NCBI RefSeq assembly: GCF_001194135.2
Contig: NC_068987.1
Span: forward strand, 67,241,123 to 67,285,733
Source of the DNA: Octopus bimaculoides
Taxonomy: Eukaryota
Direction: 5' to 3'
DNA: 44,611 nt
The notes below the pieces were generated by a model. The model had not been told where the DNA came from, searched no databases, and saw only the letters and a program-made list of their open reading frames with translations. The position numbers and the translations under genes were made by a program. Shown here one piece after another: positions 34,161 through 44,611 of this stretch. Within the stretch, counting starts at the first letter, position 1. Every line of letters begins with the position of its first letter.

Positions 34161-35203
34161 ACACACACACACACACACACANNNNNNNNNNNNNNNNNNN
34201 NNNNNNNNNNNNNNNNNNNNNNNNNNNNNNNNNNNNNNNNNNNNNNNNNNNNNNNNNNNNNNNNNNNNNNNNNNNNNNNNNNNNNNNNNNNNNNNNNNNN
34301 NNNNNNNNNNNNNNNNNNNNNNNNNNNNNNNNNNNNNNNNNNNNNNNNNNNNNNNNNNNNNNNNNNNNNNNNNNNNNNNNNNNNNNNNNNNNNNNNNNNN
34401 NNNNNNNNNNNNNNNNNNNNNNNNNNNNNNNNNNNNNNNNNNNNNNNNNNNNNNNNNNNNNNNNNNNNNNNNNNNNNNNNNNNNNNNNNNNNNNNNNNNN
34501 NNNNNNNNNNNNNNNNNNNNNNNNNNNNNNNNNNNNNNNNNNNNNNNNNNNNNNNNNNNNNNNNNNNNNNNNNNNNNNNNNNNNNNNNNNNNNNNNNNNN
34601 NNNNNNNNNATATATATATATATATAAATATGTGTGTGTGTGTGTATATATATGTGTGTGTGTATGTATGCATATACATATGCATATATGCATAAACATG
34701 TATCCATATATTGATAGAGAGACAGGTAGACAAACAGACAGACAGACAGGCAAACGATCTCGAAAGGAACACGTGTGAGTGTTTCGAGAGTTACCGTTGC
34801 AGACGGGGTTTTCCTGCATCCAAATTTCTTTGCATCACAATCGGACTATAACTAATCCTTTTGAGCTTGATATTGTGAAGAGGCAGATCATGTTGGTTAA
34901 AGTGAATCAAGAAAATTGTTAGATAGTGAGCACAATCACTGAAGTCAAATTTCCGTCTGAACTGTCTGGTACTATCTGAATTGGGCTGATATATGTTGAT
35001 TCACGGAGATGTGAATGTGAGAGACAGACACAGAGGCAGAGAAAGATTATATCAACAAAAATACTGATAGAGAAATAACACGTGAAATTTCACCTGAAAA
35101 TCTGACGGGGTTTCTGTATCATATAACTACTCCATTGCAACTGTATCGTATAACTACTCCATTGCAACTTTCTGTCTGTGTATTTCATTTCTTGATTGCC
35201 TTG

Positions 35204-35282
<79 letters not shown>

Positions 35283-36348
35283 TTTGTGTTTGTCCCCGCC
35301 AAAAACCGCTTGATGATGGTGTNNNNNNNNNNNNNNNNNNNNNNNNNNNNNNNNNNNNNNNNNNNNNNNNNNNNNNNNNNNNNNNNNNNNNNNNNNNNNN
35401 NNNNNNNNNNNNNNNNNNNNNNNNNNNNNNNNNNNNNNNNNNNNNNNNNNNNNNNNNNNNNNNNNNNNNNNNNNNNNNNNNNNNNNNNNNNNNNNNNNNN
35501 NNNNNNNNNNNNNNNNNNNNNNNNNNNNNNNNNNNNNNNNNNNNNNNNNNNNNNNNNNNNNNNNNNNNNNNNNNNNNNNNNNNNNNNNNNNNNNNNNNNN
35601 NNNNNNNNNNNNNNNNNNNNNNNNNNNNNNNNNNNNNNNNNNNNNNNNNNNNNNNNNNNNNNNNNNNNNNNNNNNNNNNNNNNNNNNNNNNNNNNNNNNN
35701 NNNNNNNNNNNNNNNNNNNNNNNNNNNNNNNNNNNNNNNNNNNNNNNNNNNNNNNNNNNNNNNNNNNNNNNNNNNTATAATTATATATATATAATTATAT
35801 ATTTCCGTAAAAAATTCAAGTCTACTAAGAAACATTATTGTGAACGTAATTTAAAAAATGAAATTTTCATAAATAAAATAATGTAAACTAACTTAACCTT
35901 CTATAATGATAGGTTATTTTAGGCCAGACAAGTTTATTTATGTAAATATACAAAATTCATTTACATTACAAATACATTTCTCTATATTAAAAGCTCTGGT
36001 AACAATCGGGTTGCATATAATCATATCGTAAAGCAACCACACAATTGCAGAGTGTCTAAAATTATTAAAAATACTACATTGTGGTTATATGAGGTAGAGA
36101 GAGTAGCCAATTCTCTTTCAAATCACACTGCGTCGTCTTAAAAATAAACAAGTTGGATAATGTAGTTTGGGATATAACCTATGGAAGAAATATAGTGTCA
36201 TGAAATTTTCATGAATAAAGCGTCACGAATAAAGTGTCATGAAGTTTACAGTGTCTTTCAGCATAGGGATATCTTATTAAGGCTAAATTGGTTATATACA
36301 TATAAAAAAAAGCAACTGAATTTCTTAGTTAAACTAAATTCTGAAATA

Positions 36349-37095
36349 CGAGGGTGGGCTGAAAAGTTCATAAAGTTCATAGCCTAACTATGAAGGAGTG
36401 ATGCTTGAGCTGTTAAATCTTGCATAATTAATTTCAGCTCTTCTTATTAACAATTCCATTCTTATTAATAATTCCTTTGAAACAGAGACAATGCATGCAG
36501 TGGAAACAATCCTCGTCAGCTACTGAAAAGAAGGCCTCGGTAGTTTCATCTGCAGGGAAGGTGATGGCCTCAGTTTTTTCAGGATGCAAAAGGCATTGTG
36601 TTTATTGACTATCTGCAAAAGGGCCGAACCATTAAAGGAAAATATTACTCCAAATTTTTGAGGCAGTTATGCAAGGCTATCAAGACCAAAGGTCCAGGAC
36701 AACTGATGAAAGCAGTCTGTTCTTATTAGGACAATGCTCCAGCATGCAAGTACCTTGGTTTCTGTGGCTGCTGTGCATGACTGTGGTATCGAACTTGTTG
36801 ATTACCTTCCCAGTTCTGATTTGGCCCTATCTGACTATTATCTGTTCCCCAGCATGAAAAAAACACTTGGCTTGGAACCAGTATCAAAGGGATGATGATG
36901 TCATCTGCTGTTGGTGACTTTTTTGACTAACAGGATGAAAGCTTCTTCACCAAATAGGAACCAAGTACTGCAACACTAATGAAAGAAGTGTGTGGACAGT
37001 AAGTCTGGGGAGGGACTATGTTGAAAATAAACCTCGTTCGGTCGCATTCCTTGAGAGTATCTTGGTCAGCCTATGAAGTTTTCTGCCGAACTTCG
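36349..37095 (+). mobile_element. internally deleted mariner (irritans/Hsmar2-like) with both TIRs
   Basis: TA|CGAGGTGGGCTGAAAAGTTCATA ... TATGAAGTTTTCTGCCGAACTTCG|TA. Decayed SSAGKVMASVF / DAKGIVFIDYLQKGRTIKGKYY / DNAPA / SDLALSDYYLFPSMKK motifs; the HTH region is missing. Confidence 0.88.
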
Positions 37096-37344
37096 TAATG
37101 TCAACTTCGAATCTTGCATGTCAGTAAATTATTTTATTTGATCGCTAATCTCCGGTTCAGAATGAAACGTATTTGTAGATCTAATAAATTTAGTTGTTGT
37201 GAGAAGGCAAATAGTTGATATTAGTAATATAGAACCTTCATCCGACGATACAAAACTTGAGACATTTTTCCGTACATAACAACCAAATTCTAATGGGATT
37301 ATAAATTCTTTTTACTTTTTACTTTTTGTCAGGAGATAGATGCA

Positions 37345-37450
37345 AGTTGTTTTTATTCGGTCCGGGTCTCTGCACACTGAATTTCAATTCCCACGAGGTC
37401 AACTCAACCTTTCATAGAGTTGATCATGTTCCAGTGCAGAGGGTTGGATC
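37345..37450 (+). mobile_element. SINE family B fragment
   Basis: CTGAATTTCAATTCCCACGAGGTCAACTCAACCTTTCAT resembles the family B core. Confidence 0.5.
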
Positions 37451-39149
37451 AGAAGAAATGATAGACTGTCCGATAAGATTTCTTGCGGTAGTTGTTCCGG
37501 TCCTTTCATTCGGTTTCGTTCCTTGACTTTACCTAGGATAATATCAGTACGGCGAGGAGGAAACCTAATTGCATGTCTAACTAGTGGTATTCAGTCGACC
37601 TGCGAGAAACATCAGTCATATTTCTCTCAAATTACACGTCACCATCTTAAAGACTTAAGGATACATTGAAGAATACACTTAACTACATGATAAAGGGGAA
37701 ACATTCTTTAATCATAGATTAAATCAAATTTGACCTGATGAGAATAACATTACAATATCTGTATTGACTACAAAAAGTTCTGTACCGTATCTGGCTCTAA
37801 TTTATTATTCATAGTTCCGCAGTCGGAAAAATTTGATTGCTGTTTGTCATATATTTACTACATCAAACTGAGTGCTATTTCTAGAATAGAAAATGGGTGT
37901 TGGAGTTTTACATACGCTGGACAGTGAGCTGAAGGATTTCAAATTCAACTTGCAATATTTAACACCTCTGCTTAGCCTTCGTATGCCTTTAGCGGAATTC
38001 ATTTTGTTGTAGTATTTGGGATGTCTTCGTTCTGAGGCTAACTTCCATCTTCTTCTCACCACTCATGGAGGCTTTTAAAAGAACTATTAGTATTGATTAG
38101 TGCTGTCCCTTCCTCCTCTAAACAAGTGTAAAATAAATTAAACGACTATAATCACTAGTCGAATTGAAGAGACCAAGCACTCACACTTCAAGCTACCAGT
38201 ATTTTATTCATAATTAGATACTTGCTGACTCTTCGTCGCCGCGTTGGCGCGTCTCTACAAAATGGAGATGAATAGTTACAGACTTTCAATCCCACAAATA
38301 TTCTATTTAAATCCAGGGCTTTAAACTATTTAAACTGACCGAGGCAATTTTGGGTAGTGAACAGAGGTTGAATACTGGAGTGGCTAATTATTTTAACTCA
38401 GATTACTCATGTAATGCCTGCAAGGGAGTCATTGTATGATTGGCATGGTGGATAGCAGAATCAGGTGGTTGCCGACAGAAAATGCTTTTCGTTGTTTAAG
38501 GAAAGTTCTTTACGTTCAGTGTACTATCCAACGTACGAAACAAGTGATCTGGAAGTCCTTACCCAAAGGCTTCCGATCATTGTTCAAGTCATTGAATTAT
38601 TCTCAAACTTCAATGAATGTGGACATGTATATTAAACAAGGTACTATTACACCCCCCCCCCACACACACACAAACACAAACACAAACAAACGCACACACA
38701 AATGTACGCACGCACAAACAGACACACACACATACACACATACACTCACTTAGACAGACGATACACACACACACACACACACACACAGACACACAAACAC
38801 ATGCACACACACATACACACACACACACACCACACCGCGCACAATACTTTTTCTACCATTTGTAAAATTGTATTTTCTGTAATTCGGCATTTACTTTTTA
38901 ATACATTGACAATTCTCTTGGCAAATGCCCTGGCAGACATCCTAATCGGCGTTGACTAGTTTGAAAACAATTAGAAAGATATTATTCCACCGGCATCTGG
39001 CCCGAATGGTTGATAGAAAGTGGGACTGGCCAAGTCACTAAACAACCAGGTTGTGTTGTCAATCTAAATCATGGCTGAAATCTAATAGCCAAGAAACCGT
39101 ACTGTCTTTGCCATAGTTTTCTACACAATTACCGTTTATTCCTTTACTC

Positions 39150-39388
39150 AAGTGACGGTGGCGGGGAGCAAACACAGACACGCAAACATGTATGTATATA
39201 TATATATATATATATATTACGGACTTCTTTTAGTTTCCGTCCATCTGTCAAGTCCACTCACAAGGCTTTGGTCGGCCCAAGGCTATAGTAGATGACACTT
39301 ACCCGAGGTGCCACGCAGTGGGACTGAACCCAGAACCCTTTGGCTGGAAAGCAAGCTTCTTAGCACACACCCACTCGTGCGCCTATAG
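39150..39388 (-). mobile_element. SINE family C: tRNA head, central core and internal (TA)n
   Basis: Reverse complement AGGCGCACGAGTGGGTGTGTGCTAAGAAGCTTGC...GGGTTCAGTCCCACTGCGTGGCACC...GGGCCGACCAAAGCCTTGTGAGTGGACTTGAC...GACGGAAACTAAAAGAAGTCCGT. From memory the core resembles the Meta-SINE domain (not verified). Confidence 0.8.
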
Positions 39389-39639
39389 TATAAGAAATTT
39401 TACTAACAAGGCTTGTGTCAGGTTGAAGCTATGTTATATGACACAAAATACCGAACAATTGGTTTGAACCTGGTACCATGAAATTTGTTTTGTAATGCTT
39501 TAGTAAGGACAGAAAGGCAATGCCTAGGGCCTTCTACTGGCTTTCCTGACTGAGAGAAAGGTATCTACAAACCAGAGACGTAGCCCTAATACATGTAGAA
39601 GAGGAGACTCAGATATGGCCGCCCAAATTGCTTGGTGAT

Positions 39640-39775
39640 GATGTTAAATCGGGTGACGTATTAAGTCTACTATCCAAATAGGCCATGGTATGAAATGAAC
39701 TCAGAACGTCAGGAACCGAAAGAAATATAGTAAAGCATCCATTCCAAAGCCCTAATAATCCTGCCAGTTCATCGT
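39640..39775 (-). mobile_element. SINE family B fragment
   Basis: AATGAACTCAGAACGTCAGG...TAATCCTGCCAGTTCATCG is the reverse complement of the family B head. Confidence 0.55.
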
Positions 39776-40500
39776 TTTAGACTAATTTATTCACCTTTGA
39801 AAGCCATATTAAGACCTATAGAAACCTATAGAGGCCCTAAGATTGTGGTGCCTCCATATATATGTAATTTAAAATATAAACAATAATAAATCATAAAATA
39901 ATTTTTTATATTTCAGAGTGAAATAAAATTAACACTAAAATGAAAAATAATGTTTGTATTTGTAGTGGTTTCTTTTGTACCGTAAAACGCTTACTATCTC
40001 TGTGGTTCCCCACTTCTCTTGACGCCCTAAAAACGTGCTTTGCTGAATGGTTAATCCATCGCTGCTGCATGTCTAAAGGCAAATTTGATCACGGTAGGAT
40101 TTGAACTCAGATCAAGCGCAACATAGAAGGATAAACAGAATAATACATTTCGTCTGAGTCTCTAACGTTTCATCCAAGTTGCCTTGATTATGTAGCGAAG
40201 TTATTAAATCCTGGCAAGTTATATTCAGTAATGTAGCCTTGCCTGTTGATAGCGGTGGAGTGCTTTCTGAAATTTACAGATAAGCTGGAAGTTTGAGATT
40301 AATACAATACCCAAACACGGTGTGAATACATGCACCGACTGACTCATCTACTTTTCATCTTTGTCAAGCTTTTGATGTCCTTTCAATTTGTTGTTTTGTT
40401 TGTTGAATTTATTGTTGTTTTTCGCCGTCGTAATTTTGTTGCTGTTGTTGTTGTTGTTGTCATTGTAAGGGGAAAGGTGACGACGGTGGTGATGTCTTCG

Positions 40501-40535
<35 letters not shown>

Positions 40536-41087
40536 CTTGCTGGTGTTTCGTATTCTTTCGCGGATTTGTTAATTTCTCTCTATTGTGTATGTGCTTGAAG
40601 GCGAACGATTACGCGTGCGAGCTTGCGTGCATGTATGTGTGCGCGCACGTGCAGCATGTATGCAAGTGTGTGTGTGCGTGTGTGTGTGCGCACGTAAAGC
40701 ATTTGCAGAAACCTGTATATGAAGGGAGGTTCACAGTAACGGAGGTAAAGTTTATTACGAATCGAAGGTATTAGTAATACTGTACAGTGTTTCTTTGTAA
40801 AAAGATAAGGGTGTAATTTCCATCTTGAATTTCTCATTTCCCGTTCACTGTTTACGGATAACAAATAGGACAAAAAGAAGAAAAAAAAAAGAGGAAATAA
40901 AATGAAACACAGTAAAATACAAAAAAACAAAAAACAAAAAATACAAACAAAAACAAAAAAAAACAAATAAACAAACAAGCAAACAAATAAAAAGTATCGA
41001 ACTGTTCTGCATGTGTAGTGCATGATGTAAAAATCTACGTAAACGACATTACAGCAACAATAACAAAATCAATCGAATCAATAAAAT

Positions 41088-41088
41088 G

Positions 41089-41187
<99 letters not shown>

Positions 41188-41280
41188 TCGATGATAATAA
41201 TAATATCACTAACAACAACAATGTATGTATGTATGTAAGTAATGTATGTATGTATGTATGTATGCATGCATGTATGTGTG

Positions 41281-41315
<35 letters not shown>

Positions 41316-41443
41316 ATATCTATTTATCTGTCTCTATCTATCTATCTATCTATCTATCTATCAATCTATCTATTTATCTATCTGTCTGTCTGTCTGTCTC
41401 TGTCTCTGTCTCCGTCTTTCCATCTGTGTCTGCGTGTGTATAA

Positions 41444-41492
<49 letters not shown>
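41088..41492. repeat. compound (ATA)n(ATG)n-(ATGT)n-(TATC)n-(TA)n microsatellite block
   Basis: Direct inspection; source of the poly-I, LSIY and MYVC ORFs. Confidence 0.93.
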
Positions 41493-41494
<2 letters not shown>

Positions 41495-42015
41495 GATAAG
41501 CTACCATCAGCAACAATTATAAGACCTACGCATGTTGTCAAAAGGGGATTTAAGAGATGATATATTGCCAATATATCGGTGATAACTGATATACGGGTGA
41601 AATTTCGATTTAGAGGTATGATGGAGAACTGTTCCACAAGACTATCATCAAGTACAATCCACTTGACTAGATGACTTTGTTGCCGTAGTGTTATTTATTA
41701 AGGTCTAGTTGACGGGTGTCTTGGAAATCGTTTTCTATGTATTTGCACGGGTTAACACGTATATTTACATACACGCATGCGTGCGCAGCGATAGATAAGC
41801 GCGAACATATTCATATATGCATGTGAAAATGTATGTAGGCATGCATGCATGTATCTATCTATATACACGCAGAGATACACTTCCACGCACACGCACACAC
41901 ACGTACACATACACAAATACACACACAAACACACTGACATAGACGAACACACACATACAGACGCACGCACACACACACACACACACTGACATAGACGAAC
42001 ACACACATAGAGACG

Positions 42016-42053
<38 letters not shown>

Positions 42054-42205
42054 TAAGATAAGCGTGGGTAAAGATGCATAAAATAAGGAGTTGCTCAATG
42101 CTTAAATACTGTCTTAGACAAGGGGTTTCATAGTTTCCTGTGTGTGTGTTGTGTGTGTGTGTGTGTGTGTGTATGTGTGTGTTTGTGTGTGTATATGTGT
42201 GTGTG

Positions 42206-42252
<47 letters not shown>

Positions 42253-42528
42253 GCATATATATATGTGTGCGTTTGTAGGTGTATGCATATNNNNNNNNNN
42301 NNNNNNNNNNNNNNNNNNNNNNNNNNNNNNNNNNNNNNNNNNNNNNNNNNNNNNNNNNNNNNTATATATATATATATATATATTTCTATTTTTCTCCTGG
42401 CAATATGATAAATTCAAAGCTATTGTTGTCTGTATGTATGCATTCATATGCATTATGTTTGCCTTGTACTTCATGCTATAGCTCTCTGATTTTCTTTTTG
42501 CTACATATCTCTATTTGAATAACTTAAA

Positions 42529-43240
42529 ATGCGTGACCTGTCAGATTTCCAAAGTGGACAAATTGTTCGAGCGTGGGTGGCTGGGTTTTCACTGTTTAAA
42601 ACACCTGAATTGTTTAAAATTTCGTGAAGTGCAGTTTTAAAATCCATGTTGGCATTCTAAACCCAAAGTAAAACTAGTTCTAGCGAGTATAATTCTATAC
42701 AAAATGGAAAGCTCACACATAGGGTTTGCAGGATAGTGAAGAAAAAGTTTTATGTCTAAAAACACATTAATCTAGAGTAGACAAAGTAACAGTAGAGCTA
42801 AATCACCGCCTCGTCAACTTTATCAGCCAAAACTGTTTGTCGCAAAATCTATAAAGTCCTGGGAGAACGGTATTTGATAAAGCTCTCCAGCCCAACCACG
42901 ATTTATATTGTTAAACGTAATGAATGGTGTCTAGACTCAGAAGTGTTCAATGTCGCAACGGGACAATATTATCTTCTCTGATCACTCCTCATCCTCCCTT
43001 TTTTTCAATTGTGTGTGAGTGTATGCTTGGAAGCAACCGACAGAAGCCGTGAACTCTGTCTTTGACCCCACTACTATGAGCATAGAGGTAGCTCTGTGAC
43101 GAATTCCGTAGCCGTATCAGGAAATTCCTTTGGCTTCTTAATTGATTTAAATGGCAAAATTAATGCCAAGGACTATCTGAGTATTTTAGCTGGTCATGTA
43201 CATTCTATGGTACAAACATTGTCCGTTGATGGTAGCGTAA
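42529..43240 (+). mobile_element. decayed Tc1-family transposase fragments
   Basis: MRDLSDFQSGQIVRAWVAGFSLFKTPELFKIS*SAVLKSM...KVTVELN...SAKTVCRKIYK (Tc1 paired-like HTH) at 42529-42900 and AVSGNSFGFLIDLNGKINAKDYLSILAGHVHSMVQTL (DDE region) at ~43110-43235. Confidence 0.72.
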
Positions 43241-43391
43241 ACTCCCGCGCACCATCGTTTTGGGATCACCGCTATTTTTTATATCCCCTTCTTCCTACCT
43301 ATCCTGTCTGACTTTTGATAATCTTTTTCTAAAAAAGTGAAACCGGTTAAGTAAATAAATATCTTTAAAATAAGTGCATTTTCAAACCTTC

Positions 43392-43430
<39 letters not shown>

Positions 43431-43776
43431 GTGTGTGTGTGTGAGTGTGTGGTGTGTGTGTGTGTGGGGGTGGGGGTGGGGTGGATGCATGCTCATGCGC
43501 ATGCACGTGCGCAAACACACATACGTATGCATATTTAAAACTATAAGTTTCTAAAGGAGTTTCCTGGTCAATGTCCAAATGGCATTGGAATATTCGATGC
43601 GAACAAATACAGTATACTTCAACATCAAAATTTAGCATTAATTCCGTAAGCTTGAAAAACATAGACGGAAGTAATTAAACACGAAGTGCTCGTAATTACA
43701 TACATACATACATACACACATACATACATACAAACATACATACATACATGCATGCATGCATGCATACATACATACA

Positions 43777-43809
<33 letters not shown>

Positions 43810-43937
43810 GCATGTATTCATACAAGGGGCTGGAGTTGCTGAAGACAGTTGATCAAGGTTCTACGCAGTAGAAACTAACCAGTGGCCATATAGCTGAGAA
43901 GCAAACTTCTTATCACGTAATCGCACCTGTTCCTGCA

Positions 43938-44065
<128 letters not shown>

Positions 44066-44077
44066 CACACACACATG

Positions 44078-44590
44078 TAATCGAGAAAAAATTACGTCGG
44101 TTTATGCGAAGGGTATTTGAAAGTCGTTATCCAAACTACCAGTCTTCTTTCTGTCACATTGATAAAAAAAATTTTTTTTAATGAAGCCACTCTAAATTGG
44201 CTAGCCATGTATGGGATCGGAAGACCAACTGCATACAATATGCAATCAAGTAGAGAACTGTGGAGAGAAGTACGCCGTATTTGAATGGGCCAAGGAGATG
44301 CAAGTTATGCGCAGCTGAAAGGTGCCACGTTCTTTTTAGGCCCAAGAATTCCATCACTCTTCTCAATTCGAGAACCGAAATTTTAGTACGTATAAGCACA
44401 CGACAGGCATCTTTTGGTCGAAATCTCTGGACTGAGCAGTCATCTGGCGCATCCTCTCAGTTATATTATTCAACACACCTAAATTTATTATGATTTCTAC
44501 AGATAAGGGACGCAGATCTTGCACTTCACATATTACTTTTCTTACTTTATGTTTCACTGTTTGAATGAAACTTCTTCGCATATACCCGTG
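44078..44590 (+). mobile_element. Penelope-like element 3' fragment (GIY-YIG endonuclease C-terminus plus UTR)
   Basis: Frameshifted translation KNYVGLCEG / SRYPNYQSSFCHIDKKN / SKLASHVWDRKTNCIQYAIK*RTVERSTPYLNGPRRCKLCAAERCHVLFRPKNSITLLNSRTEI / STYKHTT matches the YIG...F..RY..H..SF...ELS..VW...I.W.I...Y.NG...C.LC..EK...LLN.R.E....CRH C-terminus of invertebrate PLE endonucleases. Confidence 0.8.
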
Positions 44591-44611
44591 TGTATATATA
44601 TATATATATAT

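Noticed and set aside
40710-40855. Minus-strand acceptor-like site followed by an open frame (EREMRNSRWKLHPY...)
   Set aside because: The polypyrimidine tract is just an A-rich low-complexity run, the donor is weak, and the peptide is not recognised.
44540-44590. Possible hammerhead in the PLE 3' UTR (CTGTTTGAATGAAAC)
   Set aside because: No CUGANGA core and no stem II.

Overview
AT-rich, microsatellite-saturated metazoan intergenic or intronic DNA from a gapped short-read scaffold (about a dozen N-runs, nearly all flanked by (TA)n, (CA)n or similar repeats). The SINE families and repeat landscape look like those of an Octopus genome (inference from recalled repeat families). No host protein-coding gene can be supported with confidence; nearly all listed ORFs are microsatellite translations, span N-gaps, or are transposon remnants. 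What can be supported is a dense set of mobile elements: mariner (DD34D) elements, three maT-like Tc1/mariner elements (DD37D spacing countable in two), a Tc1 fragment, a hAT MITE with an 8-bp TSD, an RTE LINE end, three restriction-like-endonuclease (R4/Dong-like) LINE ends lying in or ending in microsatellites, a Penelope-like GIY-YIG fragment, and at least three tRNA-derived SINE families. The most notable structure is a ~935-bp insertion at 22355-23289 bounded by a 13-bp TSD. It is a tRNA-headed SINE-like unit with an inverted partial copy at its 5' end and a degenerate minimal type I hammerhead ribozyme near its 3' end, i.e. a candidate Pol III, ribozyme-bearing, Penelope-mobilised SINE. 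A Dong-like LINE has inserted into its internal (TAA)n tract.
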